A stretch of 64,000 bases of DNA, taken from contig RDEW01000027.1 in assembly GCA_011109175.1 (NCBI GenBank), positions 672,511-736,510 of the forward strand, read 5' to 3'. Shown here piece by piece: positions 24,392 to 36,909 of this stretch. Positions within the stretch are counted from its first letter, which is position 1; every line of letters begins with the position of its first letter. The position numbers were made by a program, and so were the translations under genes. Under the pieces are notes generated by a model that was given only the letters and a program-made list of their open reading frames with translations, did not search any database and had not been told where the DNA came from. The DNA comes from Dicyema japonicum. Lineage: Eukaryota; Animalia; Dicyemida.

Positions 24392-26011
24392 ATGGATATT
24401 AGTCTGTTTCGAGAAGACTATGGAGGAAACCCAGAATTAATCAAAAAATGGCAGAGGAATCGTTTCAAGAGTGAATCCCTCGTGGATCAGGTCACATCGA
24501 ATGACAAATTATGGAGGGACGGTATCTAATAACTCATTTCAAGCCCGCTACAAAATCGACAGATTAAATCGTGGAGTGAATATTTGCAGTAAAAGTTTTG
24601 CGATCTCCAAAAAAGTAAAAAATTATTTTTCCAACACAGAATCAAATCGCAACAGGAAATAGCGCTGACGACGTCTCACTCGACTTTTTGTCTCTTTCTG
24701 TGGATGAAGTGTCTGTAAATTTCGCTCATTTCACTCTCAGAAACTCTCTATGGATTCAATTAAGGATCTTTCTAAGAATTTAAGAAAAGAGATAGAAAAA
24801 CTAGAGACTTCGCTCAGTGAGTATGAGAGACTGAGGAACTCGGCTCTTTTTGAAATCGCAAACGACCTTGATCATCGAGTTGTCATTAGCAACAATGAAG
24901 TTGTCCTATGGTTCACATGTAGGACGAAAACAAGTTAATCCGCGTTTCCGGTGACACTTCTTCCACTAAACTCCGTTCCCATATTGACCTCCTTGAAATG
25001 ATCGGTGGAGTTGATTACGAAAGAGGTGCCTCAGTTGGAGGGAGTCGATGTTACTTTCTGAAGGTATACTTGCCGTGTAAATTCAGGGACCTGCTGTGTT
25101 TTTGGAAATCGCACTTATTCAGTATTGTCTCTTCTTCCTTAGAGTACGTGATTATATTGTGATGAAACCTCCGTATATGATGAAGAGGGAGGTCATGTCA
25201 GAGGTGGCTCAGCTGAGTCAGTTTGACGAGGAGTTGTACAAAGTTGTCTGCAAACGTGGTGCAGAGGAGGTTGAAGATTCTGACATTTCGTACCTAATTG
25301 CGACTTCTGAGCAGCCTATTGCGGCCTATCATCGAAAAGAGTGGATCCCTGTGGAGAATCTGCCGATAAAATACGCGGGATTGTCCACCTGCTTTCGTCA
25401 GGAATGTGGAAGTCATGGGAGAGACACACGTGGGATATTTCGAGTTCATCAATTCGAGAAGGTGAATTGAACTTAGTATTATAGTAGATTGAACAGTTCT
25501 GTTACACTTCACCAGGTGACGAGGAGTCCTCGAAGATGTTTGACCAGATGATCGGGACATCGGAGAAGTTCTACGAGTCCCTTGGCGTTGGTTTCCGCGT
25601 TGTGAGCATCGTTTCTGGTGATTTGCCTGATTGACGGGTAGGAGCCCTAAATAACGCTGCGGCTATAAAGTACGATCTTGAAGGTTGGTTTCCTGGGTCC
25701 AGAGCCTTCCGTGAGTTAGTCTCATGTTCCAACTGCACTGATTACCAGTCTAGGAGGCTGAACATTCGGTTTGGTGTCAGCAAAAATAATGATAAGGTTA
25801 TGTTGGCTGTTATCGTAGGCTGAGTTTGTTCATATGCTTAATAGTACGCTTTGTGCCACCACGAGGACTATTTGTGTAATTCTAGAAACTTGGCAGAGTG
25901 ATGAGGGCATCAGAGTTCCTCCGGTCTTGGCTGATTTTATGCCTCCTGGTGAGATGTTTTTTTATTTGTGCAGATTTAAAGACTTTTATTCCATTTGTCA
26001 AGAATAATTAA
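24392..26011 (+). CDS. SARS1: cytosolic seryl-tRNA synthetase, 9 introns of 22-26 nt
   Basis: [13 protein letters not shown]..., [32 protein letters not shown]|[54 protein letters not shown]. All introns are GT-AG and restore a single frame. Confidence 0.97.
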
Positions 26012-26559
26012 TCTGAGATTATTATCGGATTTTTTTTAATTCATTTTTTTGTGTTAGCAGATTAGTGGAGAAAGGGAGTCATCTTTTGCAGTAATGCAAT
26101 GGAATAGGGGGAGAGAATTCTTCTTTTTCAAGTTATTTTATTTCGTGCCGCTACATTTACATCTCTGAATGCAGACAATTATACGAGGCGGTGGGGTGCC
26201 TCTATTAGCAAGGGATAAAAATGCTAATCGGGATCACCTAACTAGTATGGATACTATTGCCTTCCTTCTTGGTGTTTCCTGGGTTATGTAAATAAATAAA
26301 AATCTCTATAGGCCTCAACTTAAAACATTTACGCTTCTATTGACCATCTGTTTCCTTTTTATGAAAATATTTCAATCCAATTTTTGGATCTATCTGTCTT
26401 ATGTGATTTATAAAACATCTGGCCTCTTTGGCGATGTACGAAAACTAGCTGCGGAAAAACCTCAAAAATATTGAAATTTCAACATTCAATTATTGGAATC
26501 ATTCAGCCAGTAGAGAAGAATTTTTGGCATTATTCCCGGTGAAGGTTCAAACCCATGGA

Positions 26560-26921
26560 GAGGACATTGCTTGTGTCATACTTGAATACATGGAAACCAG
26601 ATTCAAATCTTCCTCACGATATACGGGTCTATTTATTTGTGCGAGTAAGCGTTTTCACATATGAATTTGATCAAATCAAAATTAAGGAGTCAAATTACTG
26701 ATTCAAATTTAGAATCTCGTCTTAAGTTAAAAATGAAAATTTATGCCCCAGACATAACACTATTGGCTAAGGAAATGCAGGGTCAATTAAATATAATTTT
26801 GTTGTGTTTTATTATTTTAAAAAGTGTTATGTTTTATTATTTAAAAAATGGCTCTTCAATTTTTTTAATTGCCGAAAAACAAAAAAAATGGCTTTTTGGC
26901 TTACAAGGTTGCCGACCCCTG
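26560..26921 (+). mobile_element. hAT (Buster/Charlie/SPIN-like) transposase C-terminus and right TIR
   Basis: GSIYLCE*AFSHMNLIKSKLRSQITDSNLES dimerisation motif. GGTTGCCGACCCCTG at 26907-26921 (reverse complement CAGGGGTCGGCAACC), followed by GTATAGGG. Confidence 0.85.
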
Positions 26922-26939
26922 GTATAGGGAATCATATAT

Positions 26940-27060
26940 CTACAAGAACCAGATATCCGCTGGCTATTTGAGCTAATCTCCCTCGCCATCTTGAGAGGGA
27001 ATAGCCACACAGTCACGGAGGCCGTTTTATGACTGTTTCTTTATTTTATTATTATTAAAA
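26940..27060 (+). mobile_element. 3' end of CRE-like LINE
   Basis: QEPDIRWLFELISLAILRGNSH plus T/A-rich tail; same subfamily as the SINE tail at 15290 and as 35345-35460. Confidence 0.7.
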
Positions 27061-27849
27061 AACACTCCCGAGAAAAAATAAAATTAGTTAAGTCTCCATT
27101 GTGCCGCATTCCGAATCATCCTCTCCGTTAGCCTTGACCGTAATCTTCTGTTGCGGACTAGAGATCTAAGGTAATCCTGGTCGTCCGTCAAAGTTGGTCT
27201 CATACCAATCGCCGATAGGTCTTCAAGATAGTCAGAAGTGTCGTTCTTGGCCTTCCATGGAGTCCGGCTCCTGTGTGCAAAATAATTGCCCATTGCGACA
27301 TTTGCAGGTCATTTAGACGTAACACGTGACCAAAGATGCTCCACCTTGAATATAAAGTATCATCTGACAGCATGCCGTATTTTCATTTATTATAAAAATT
27401 TGCATTAGAGATCTTCATTGGCCAGTTGATCTTGATTTTATTTTAAGAAAAATAATTATGGAATTTTAAACTTTTTTCCCAGTTTTAGTGCATTCTCCGT
27501 ATCTTCTGAGTATCATACCCCGTATGCTCTGAATATGGTCTCTCTCTGTCTTTGAGTATCCTGTTTCCACTTAGAGAAAAATCGTACCGACGAAGTCATC
27601 CGAGAGATGTTCATCCTGTCGGCTAGTCAGAACCTCGAAACGTGGAATCTCCTCTCTGCTTGTTGAAATTTCTTCAACTATGAGTTTATCAAACTATCCA
27701 AAGCCGCCGCAGGCGCACTTGGAGGATTTCACTACCGTCATGCCTCAGCCTATGCAGGGAGGTTCTTTGTACCCGCGCCACTTTCTCGTTAATTGCCCAT
27801 CAGCCACAGACCCCGAAATAATCATACGCCTCATCTCGGAGCGACGTTC

Positions 27850-28200
27850 CTAACGAACTATCCCGGTGAAGATCTCCAAGGCCAAACGCCCTGTCGCTTC
27901 GGAAGCCCTTTCCAATACGATCGAAGATACTCTCCGTACAAACGCAATACAGGACTGGGCGCGCCTACTCAGTTTTGCGCTTTCGAACTGAGACTTATCG
28001 AGACAGTCGCGGAAAAAAGTCTCTCGCTGCCGCCATGAAGACCAACATTCGTTGTTTTTATAAGAAGAACCTGTATCCCCATTTGCCCCATATCTTCTAA
28101 CCATACACGGGAGATGCATAGTCCCAACAAGGAAGTTGAAGTGCTCCTTCTCAAATAAACTGTTCACTCAAAGTTGATCGAAGGTGGTACCCGCGCAGTC
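27850..28200 (-). mobile_element. Jockey-like LINE 3' fragment
   Basis: Degenerate LF.K...VGTMH..C..W and ASEATG-like RT C-terminal sequence comparable to 40400-40700. Confidence 0.45.
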
Positions 28201-28946
28201 ATCAGGGCACTTTCTTCAAGTGAACCGCGAAAATTGACTTTTGACGTCTAAAACATTTTGCTGAACAAGCATCCTTTGTCCCCCCACAACCTCGGCACAG
28301 TCGCTCCACAACCGGAGTGACTCCCCTGACTGCATCAAACAATGAAGTTCTCCCCGCAATACGGAATTTTGCCCTTACTAGCAGTGGTGGTATCGACGGA
28401 GTAAGACCTGCCCAAAGATCTAACTTCTTTGTCCGTAGGAGACCCAAGACTTTGTCTTACGAATTTAATTACCTCACTTATGAACCAGATTCTGTCTAGA
28501 GTACTTCTAAAAGATTTGCCCAACACAACTTGATAGCCTTCGATAAGAAGGGCGGCGGAGTACGACCGGTTGCAGTCGGGTTTGTCTTCAAGAGGCTAGC
28601 TGCTAAAATTACCTCCAGACATTCTATTCCATTCGTCACACAATTCTAACCCATATCAAGTAGTCGTCGGTGTTCTCCTAGGATGCGAGGCCGCTGTCCA
28701 AACAATTAATGTCACGTTAAATGGAGTACCTATACCACAAAAGAAATTACAGAAGACACTGGGAGTAACTTTTGATACTTTCCTTTGCTTCTCAGCCCAT
28801 GTGGAATCTATCATATCAACCTGTNTTCAAGAGGCTGGCTGCTAAAATTGCCTCCAGACATTCTATTCCATTCGTCACACAATTCTAACCCATATCAAGT
28901 AGTCGTCGGTGTTCTCCTAGGATGCGAGGCTGCTGTCCAAACAATT

Positions 28947-29488
28947 GATGTCACGTTAAATGGAGTACCTATACCACAAAAGAAATTACAGAAGACACTG
29001 GGAGTAACTTTTGATACTTTCCTCTGCTTCTCAGCCCATGTGGAATCTATCATATCAACCTGTGCAAAGAAGATCAATTTTGTAAAGGTCTTCCTTTGGA
29101 ACTGTGGAGGAATTTATCCGCCAGGTATCGGGACCCTCTACAAGCAGTATGTCGAGCCAACAATAGGCTATGCATGTGCTGCATGGGGATCTAACCTGTC
29201 GGCAACGAACCTAACAAAAATTCAAGAGATCCAGTCAAAAGCAAAAAAATTACTGGACAAATATACAGACAAAGAAATTGCCCCCAGAGCACTCGAGTCT
29301 ATCATAGAGGCAACTGAAGGCAATTTCAGAAGAGGAAAGGAAAAAGACCCCCGTCCGTATAGAAAATGCGTGGGATCACGGTCGGAGCATCGAGAAAAAA
29401 TGGCTTGATTATTGAGAGATGCCGGGATCACCTGAATATTAGTTATTGGTTAAGACGGTGTTTTTTTGGCTTAAATAATAATAATGAG
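28947..29488 (+). mobile_element. 5'-truncated Jockey-like LINE inserted in CRE RT
   Basis: TLGVTFD...YKQYVEPTIGYACAAW, ending in (AAT)4 at 29474-29485. The flanks rejoin in frame as GCEAAVQTI-LNRSIED. Confidence 0.75.
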
Positions 29489-31426
29489 AACATTCTAAAC
29501 CGTAGTATAGAAGATTCTCGGGAGCATGTCCTTGTCAAACTAGACATCAAGAACATCTTCAATAGTCTAAGGAGAGATAATATCCTGGAGGCGTGTATTG
29601 AAAGATGCCCTAATATCTTCGAATTTGTGAATCTGTCCTACAGTCTACCATCATTCTCTCTTCGGGGACTATCTAATCCATTCGTCTTCCAGAGTGCAAC
29701 AAGGAAATTTTCCTGAAACCCTGTTGTTCTGTCTCGCAATCGAAAAAATAATTTAACTTCCGCTCTCGTCCTTCAACATATAGTATCTGGATGATGCGGT
29801 CCTTGGAGGACTCCCAGACACTGTCTTCCAAAATTTGGGGGTGATAATTCCATCTCTATCAGAAGCTGGACTGAAATTAAATTATGTAAATGAAAAATTG
29901 TGGACTTTCAGAAAAAAGTATTCAAAAACTGTGTCATCTATCGCGAATTATTTCCAAGCCAGACGAAGACATTATATTCCTCTGATCCCCAATCAAAGAA
30001 GATATTATTCAACGTCCGGTTTGAGGATTACTCATGGAAGCAGGGCACACTGCCAGTAAAACTCGGAGGGCTTAGAATTTGCAACCCTGTAGATATTTCT
30101 CTCCCTGCTTATCTCTCGTCTCTAATGGCCTGTAACACCCTTTTAAGAGGATTCTATACTCCCTCTCTGAATTCTCTACTGACCAGGAGGCCGGTCACTC
30201 TCCTGCAGAAAGAGTGCAGTNGCCAGTAAGACTCGGAGGGCTTAGAATTTGCAACTGTGTAGATATTTCTCTCCCTGCATATCTCTCGTCTCTAATGGCC
30301 TGTAACACCCTTTTAAGAGGATTCTATACTCCCTTTCTGAATTCTCTACTGACCAGGAGGCCGGTCACTCTCCTGCAGGAAGAGTGCAGTCAGATCTCCC
30401 AGATACATGGCCTTGAACGAAGTCATTAGGTGAGCTTTGGACGTCTTCGGAAACCCATTTATACTCGAACCAGTCAGTTTATGCAGGCATGATGAGAAAC
30501 GACTAGATGGGATGACTTTCTTCCCCTTTGAAGTCAGGAACGACTCAAGAATTTCAGCATCGCAGGCGTAAGGGAACTAGAAGTTTCAACCGCGAGCCGA
30601 ACAAACAAAAAATCATTACCTTTTGTTTTATTTTTTATTAATAAATTTATTTTGTTTACTGTAAATAATTAATTAACACAGCCATTCATCCAAAGTGGAC
30701 CCCGCCGACATTAATAAATCAATTTCAGTTTTGGCGCCATTTTATAATTGCTTTTTGTGGTGACTCGTAATTAATGTTTATACAGTTTTATAGCTGCAAT
30801 AAAGTTTAATTAACTCTGATTTATTTTAATGAGATAAAAATGATTGTTTTTTAATCAATATGAAAAATATGTAAATTTTATCGATATTAAATTCTAAACT
30901 GCATGGCAAAAGTGGAAATGGCAAAGCGGAATCTCAAATTAGTTAACTTTCCTGTTAAAAGTGGAATCTCACATTAGTTAACTTTTCTGGTTCCGTGGAC
31001 ATTGCTATTGATAATAAATAAATTCCAAAAATTCGCAAAAAGTGGATCAACTAATATTACTCAATATATAAGGTACCCTTCCTAGAGTCACACATATTTT
31101 TCCAAAATAGCGTACTTGTATACTTTCCGCGCCATTAAATCGATCACTGGTCATACTTCTAGGAACATCCTGTCCCGTATTAGGTGACCTGGTTTGTGAA
31201 AATGGGAGATCTAACGGCCTATCCAGGAAATATATTCAGTATGACGTTTCTTAGGAAAAGTTCCGATAAAGAAAGACTTCTATTCATGATTCTGTGTCTT
31301 CTGGAATCTGTCCTTCCTTTATAAATAGTCCACATCGATTTACTGTAAGTAAAAGAATTCAGCACGTTTTGAAATATAAAGACCGCTTAAGAATATGATT
31401 AAGTAACAGTATAGTTCATAAAATGT

Positions 31427-32775
31427 TCATTCAAAAGCTAAGCTTTGATTTCGTTTGGAAGAAAGAATGGAATCGATAGAATATTCGATCTTCCTCTTTT
31501 TCTTGGGATTTCCGAATCCATGGACACTTTCGTCCTGTGGTACAGTACATGAGATGAGAGAATCCCCCGACCTCGTGAAAGTATCGTTAACGGCATAAAA
31601 TTCTGAAAGTTTGATCTTCTCGGTTTTGAAGAGTGAATTCAAGTCATTCATACCTTCAGTGGTATCCGGTCGGGAGTTCAGCGGATTTGAGACCCTCTGA
31701 AATGTGTCCCAGTGGTTTTCTACTGAAAGTGTGCTCTCAGAAATTGTTGAGCGTATTTCTTGGTCTGCAAACTGGTCTGCATCGACAGAAATGGTCGATT
31801 CGCTTGGAACAGATAGAGCACGGTATTTTTTGAGCACACGGTTCCTAAGAATCCTCAGATTCGGAAATTTATAAGTCAATAGATTTTTAAAATTTTCCAG
31901 TGGTTCAACTTGAATTTCAAAAGTAAGAACAAAGTCGTCAGCAGAACAGAAGAACTTGACGATGTCACTAAATTTTAAATCTTGGGGCATTTCGTTACCA
32001 CAAAAATATATCATGACCTTCAAATTAACGGTTATGCGAACCTTAACATTTGTACCAATGAAATACTTAAGACAAATGTGGTCTCTAAGGATCTTGACAG
32101 GGGAGTTCGTGGGGTACATCAAAATGCCCTTAGATATCTAGTAAATTAGTTGTCATGAATCACATTTTCTTTAGATGTGGTTTTCACTGAGCTATAAAAC
32201 ACAGATTAAACGAAAAATAACTTTCTAAAGTAATACTTTACGCAAATCATCTGTTGGGCCGATCTCTGGCTCGCAACCAAGTTTCTCAGGGAAGTACTCA
32301 TCCGTTCATGCCCTGCAATGACAATTAAGGATAACCTTCGATGTTGCGGTTTTCCCTGCTGCCTATGACAGTTTAAGAGAAAATTAACCTTCACTTAAAA
32401 TTTGGATAAAAGTCTTCAGTTTAGGATCTTCCCTAATATAAATCAACATTATGTACATTAGGGAATTTTCAAGAATGATGCAACCGCAGACTGGGCAATC
32501 CTTCGATGTTCGCAAATAGGTTCGAATACATTTGTCGCAAACTAAAACCAAATAACCAACAAACGCAAAAAACCGCATAGCATATCTTACTGAAAGCAAA
32601 AACCGCTGTAATCAGCATTACTGGCTATTGGGCGTTTGCAAAAAAGTAAATTTGTTAAATTCTTACAAGAATGATCGCAATCTGACGAAGAAATTGGGTT
32701 TTCCATGATTTCTTTGCAAATTGAACAAGCCACGAGGTCCCGCATAGAACGAAAAAACAAGCAGTCAGGATTCAT
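31427..32775 (-). CDS. PCGF/BMI1(Psc)-like C3HC4 RING protein with RAWUL-like region and low-complexity tail
   Basis: CSICKE...CDHS|FCDKCIRTYLRTSKDCPVC (the HSFC..CI..YL.TSK.CP.C pattern is typical of PCGF). First intron 125 nt, others 23-30 nt. The last long exon is ORF 31427-32122. Confidence 0.8.
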
Positions 32776-33127
32776 TACACGAATGCCGCGCCGCTTTAAT
32801 TTTTATGCGCTATTTTGACGTAAGCGCATTAGTAATGAAGTGTTATCAAACCAAAGTCAAAAAACAATGTTTACTCCTCATTACAAAAATATTCCTAAAA
32901 ATGCTTATATACTCCCAAAATAGCTCTGGTTGACATCTTTATAATACTCAGGCCTTGAGGAGATGGGATAACAACTTGAGGTCACATCACTTCACAAATT
33001 TGGTTAATCAGATTTGAAAGTTATTATATCAAAGTTATATTTGCATGAATTACACTAACTTTCTGAGTTTTATGCTAAATAAACCTATTTTCAGTTGCTT
33101 ATTGGGAAATATCACAGAATTGTGGAA

Positions 33128-33365
33128 ATAATTGATTCGGATCTGGGGGAGGAAAGAAAGGTGAAATAAAATTAAATTTCCATGTGATCAACTCCAAAAA
33201 TATCCTCGACATGTAGAAATATCAAGTAGTCTCTTTGAAGACGAGAAATGTGAGACTCAAAGGAGTAAAATGATGTTTCTCAACAAGGTCAGGTAGCCAA
33301 GTGGTTAGTGACGTCGTTTGTATCGGGATCACTTTTCTCTCCTCCCCCAAATCCGAATCAATTAT
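33128..33365. repeat. 37-bp inverted repeat pair (MITE-like)
   Basis: ATAATTGATTCGGATCTGGGGGAGGAAAGAAAGGTGA (33128-33164) versus the reverse complement of 33329-33365; 34/37 identical. Confidence 0.75.
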
Positions 33366-34414
33366 GTTTCGCGTGGGATGTCCTTGGAGTCATCACACAC
33401 TTCATCACATACCAATTCCATTCTTCTGCTTAACTATCATACTCTCAAAAGTTCTCTTCAATACGACGAGGAAGGGAACACCAAGAATGGGACAGTGGGC
33501 CTCAGAATATTCGTCTCGCTATAATAAGGGGTGCTTCCATCTATTATTGGTGCCTGTCATAAGTAATATTTCTCACTTAATTTCTCAATATGAGCATGAA
33601 TGTGAACGAGCCTAGTTTTGTCATTGATTCATTGGAAAGGATTTAAGCAAAAACCTGGAATCTACCACTTCCAATCATGCTTCAAATAATTATATTGGTG
33701 GCAATTCAAAGGAGTAAGTCCTATTTGTCATATGCGGTGAACATTTTAACGGACGATGGCCATCTAGAGAGGTTGCCAAAGTTCGTTTCCAGTGGTCTCA
33801 AGCTGATTAGTTGGCCCTAACTAAACGATTAATCAATCAATAATGATCGAAATGTCAAATAAAGCAGATGAATCAATTTATGCTTTAATTTCGTGTTTGA
33901 ACGGATTAGTCATTCTTTGATTTTAATCCACCCTAATCTAGGTTAATAGATCAACTGTAAATATTTTATAACCACCATATTCCACAACTCCCTAGTGGAC
34001 TTAATGCACTTTACAAAGAGCCATATTAGCTATAGCTCCACTAGGCAGGACACACACTTTATTTTAAGTAAAAAACAGTCATCATAAATAATCGATAAGG
34101 GATTTTTCAGAATATCGGTCTACCAATATTGAGGTTCACAAGTTCTAGTTGTCTCAAAATATTTTGTCCAATGATCTCAAGCCAAATGTTTTGGAAGAGC
34201 CATCGTACCGTTCTAGGTTCTCCCTTTGTGATCCAACAAAAAGCACAATTGAAAGGAAGTGAGGTTGGATCTGTTGCTACAACAAATGTAGGAAGGTTTC
34301 ACCACGAACAGGTGACCCACATGAAAACCCTTCTCCATAGAGATCGGCTAAAAAAAGAACCTGTCCCTTAGTTGTGACTAAATTAGAATAATATCGACTT
34401 CTGATGACGACTAG

Positions 34415-34680
34415 CTAGAATCTCACTGCTGTACATTCCGGCTGAAGATTACACGCATCTACGATGCTTTGGTTGACATATGGCACCGTCATCAATGAGC
34501 ATTTTACTGCGGAAACGGATCGTCTGAAAGGACATAGATCCAACAAAAAGAAAAAAAAGTGAAGAGGATCACTTGGTTCTCCCTCTACGATTGGTTATAA
34601 TGACTGTTCTATACTTAAAGAAGGTGTGTGATCTGTCTGAGCGGAGCTATAGCTAATATGGATATGCGTAAAAGTGCAGT
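34415..34680 (+). repeat. repeat family A copy (inverted partial copy at 34005-34100)
   Basis: CACGCATCTACGATGC...CGTCATC...GGATCGTCT...CTTGGTTCTCCCT...GGAGCTATAGCTAATATGG. Confidence 0.8.
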
Positions 34681-35619
34681 TTTTAAAATTGAAAAAAATT
34701 TTTATATTTTTTATATCATCAAAATTTAATTTTTATTAATTTTAAATTTCGCGTACTCATTGTTTTTTTTAATTTCACTGATCTCTTGTTTGGTTGAGTG
34801 GTTGACATTTCTCTAATAATGTCCATGTCTTTATCGTACTCTCAGTCTGTCTATTCCACCCCGTTTACAATTGAAGCTTTCAACGTCAGAGGACTGCGGA
34901 CGACCTCGATGAACTGAGGAGACATGCGACGAGGGAAGTTTTACATGGAGAAAATCGGTAGAACGAATTGTATAGAGCACAGCACACGTGGAAGAGTAGA
35001 AATGAACAAAAGTCAAGATGGTTTAAAGAATTTCTTTGATGTCTTATAAGGGGACCCTGACTATTCTCAAGTCTTATTAATCTACTACTACAAACTATTA
35101 GTAAATTTTATATCTGGTACTAATTATTTGAAAACTACTTTGTTCTGGGCCTTCACGTTTCCTTGGTCGACCAAGGACAACTCTACCTACCGTCCTTGAT
35201 GAAGACCTTAAAAATCGGGAGACTCCTTAGGAATGGGCATGACTTTGCTGCACCTCTCAGGATTGCGGAAGGGCCTTAAAATGACATGACGGCGATCCTA
35301 CCCTGCGATATGGAATTTCTGCGCTGTCTAGGAAATCCAATTTCTACACGAACAAGAGATCTCCGTGAGCGATGCTGGCTATTTGAGCGAATCTCATTCA
35401 CCATTTAGAGAGGTAATAGCCGGGCAGTTATGGCGGCCGCTGTATGGTGACCTTTCTGGATAGTTGAGCTGGATTATTTTGATTGTTACTATACAATCAA
35501 TTGGCAACCTTGATCTCAGACAACAAATCATACACTAGTGGTCATTGGCTTCTAGTCATACTATTCCCCATTAAAGCGATCTTAAAATGTTAAACATAAT
35601 TTAAGATCGGTTTTTTACA

Positions 35620-35975
35620 TTGCATTTGTCTCAACGTGACGTTGAAAAACGCACTTTCTTCTGCTGGTCACCATTGCATTTTGGAGCCTACTGGTCTCAC
35701 TTGAGACGATGGCAAACGCCCCGGCGGGATGACAACATTCCCTTTTGCTAATGATCGGAACTTGGTTTGGGAGGCGACGTGTATTGATGTATACTCTCAG
35801 AGAAATTTGGCCGCTTCAGTCTTTGACCGAGATCATGCTTCTAAGCAAGCCGAGGATCAAAAGAGAGGAAGGTACTAAAGCATTACGGATGATAACTTGT
35901 TTGTCCCATTTGCTGTTGAGACGTCAGGAATCCTTGGCTCACAAGCTGACGATCTAGTCCGTCGGATCGACTTAA
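35620..35975 (+). mobile_element. CRE-like endonuclease fragment
   Basis: LNVTLKNALSSAG...EPTGL..DDGKRP...FVPFAVETSG. Confidence 0.8.
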
Positions 35976-35979
35976 TGAT

Positions 35980-36500
35980 CCAAAGAGTCACTAAAAATCC
36001 ATGTGAGACTGGATGGCTTCGAGATCATAGCAAGGATTCCTGACGTCTCAACATCAAATGGGACAAACAAGTGATCCTCCGTAATGCTTTGGTACTTTCT
36101 TTTCTTCTGATCCTCGGCTTGCTTAGAAGCATGATCTCGGTCAGAGACTGAAACTGTCAAAGTTTTCTGAGAGTATGTATCAGCAAAACAGGTTCCTACC
36201 ATTAGTAAAAGGGAATGTTGTCAACCTGTAGGGGCGATCGTCTCGGGTGAGACCAGTTGGCTTCGAAATTCAGCGGCGACCAGCAGAGGAAAGTACGTTT
36301 TTTAACGTCACGTTGAGACAGGCATGCTTTGGGAAACGGCCCGCACTCAACCTGCACGACAGTGGATGGTAACCACATGGATCGATCAAACGTCCACGGC
36401 CACATTTTCGCTCCGCACACACTTTAATCCCAAGGCGTAGCAAGGCGGCTATTCTCATTGCCTCACAGCAGGTTGTCACTCTCGGCACAAGGATAGGCGT
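35980..36500 (-). mobile_element. CRE-like endonuclease fragment, inverted relative to its neighbour
   Basis: RIAALLRLG..VC..RKC...GYHPLSC..SAGRFPKHACLNVTLK (CCHC region) and FVPFDVETSG. Confidence 0.8.
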
Positions 36501-36909
36501 TTAACCAGAAACGAAGAAATTATTATAATTTCCTAAAAGCCAATTATCCAAGTAATTAAGTGATCTGAAAATTGAGATGATGACGTACTCAAATTGTACA
36601 AAATGTCTACTTAACTTGAATGAAAGCCTTTATCTTCCTTTTCTCATTAGCATAGACGAAATGGCTAACTCGGAAGACATCGAAACTCGAAGTTATGAAC
36701 AAAGGAAGCGTCAGAGGCACGTAAGATCCGGGTTTGAATTTCGTCCAGATCAAAATGAAAGAACTCGGATGATTGACTGTCATAGTTATTTGCGGGGCTG
36801 CGGAAAAGCGAGCCTAAAACGACACAATGACTCTTCCAAAACATTAGGCTCGAGAACATGCGGGGTGATCCCACTGCTCAATGCATGCAGGTCATAGTGA
36901 AATTTCCCA

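Larger units (their letters stand above)
27700..30620 (+). mobile_element. CRE-like LINE carrying nested Jockey-like insertions
   Basis: SSGGIDGVRP, DKKGGGVRPVAVG.VFKRL, GCEAAV, KLDIKNIFNSL, YLDD, W.QGTLPVKLGGLG-like and RLDGMT.FPF motifs, in order. Confidence 0.8.

Noticed and set aside
19266-26921. One 7.6-kb hAT element capturing the EF-hand and SerRS genes
   Set aside because: The TIR sequences differ and the flanking 8-mers do not match (CTCTACTG versus GTATAGGG), so these are independent insertions.
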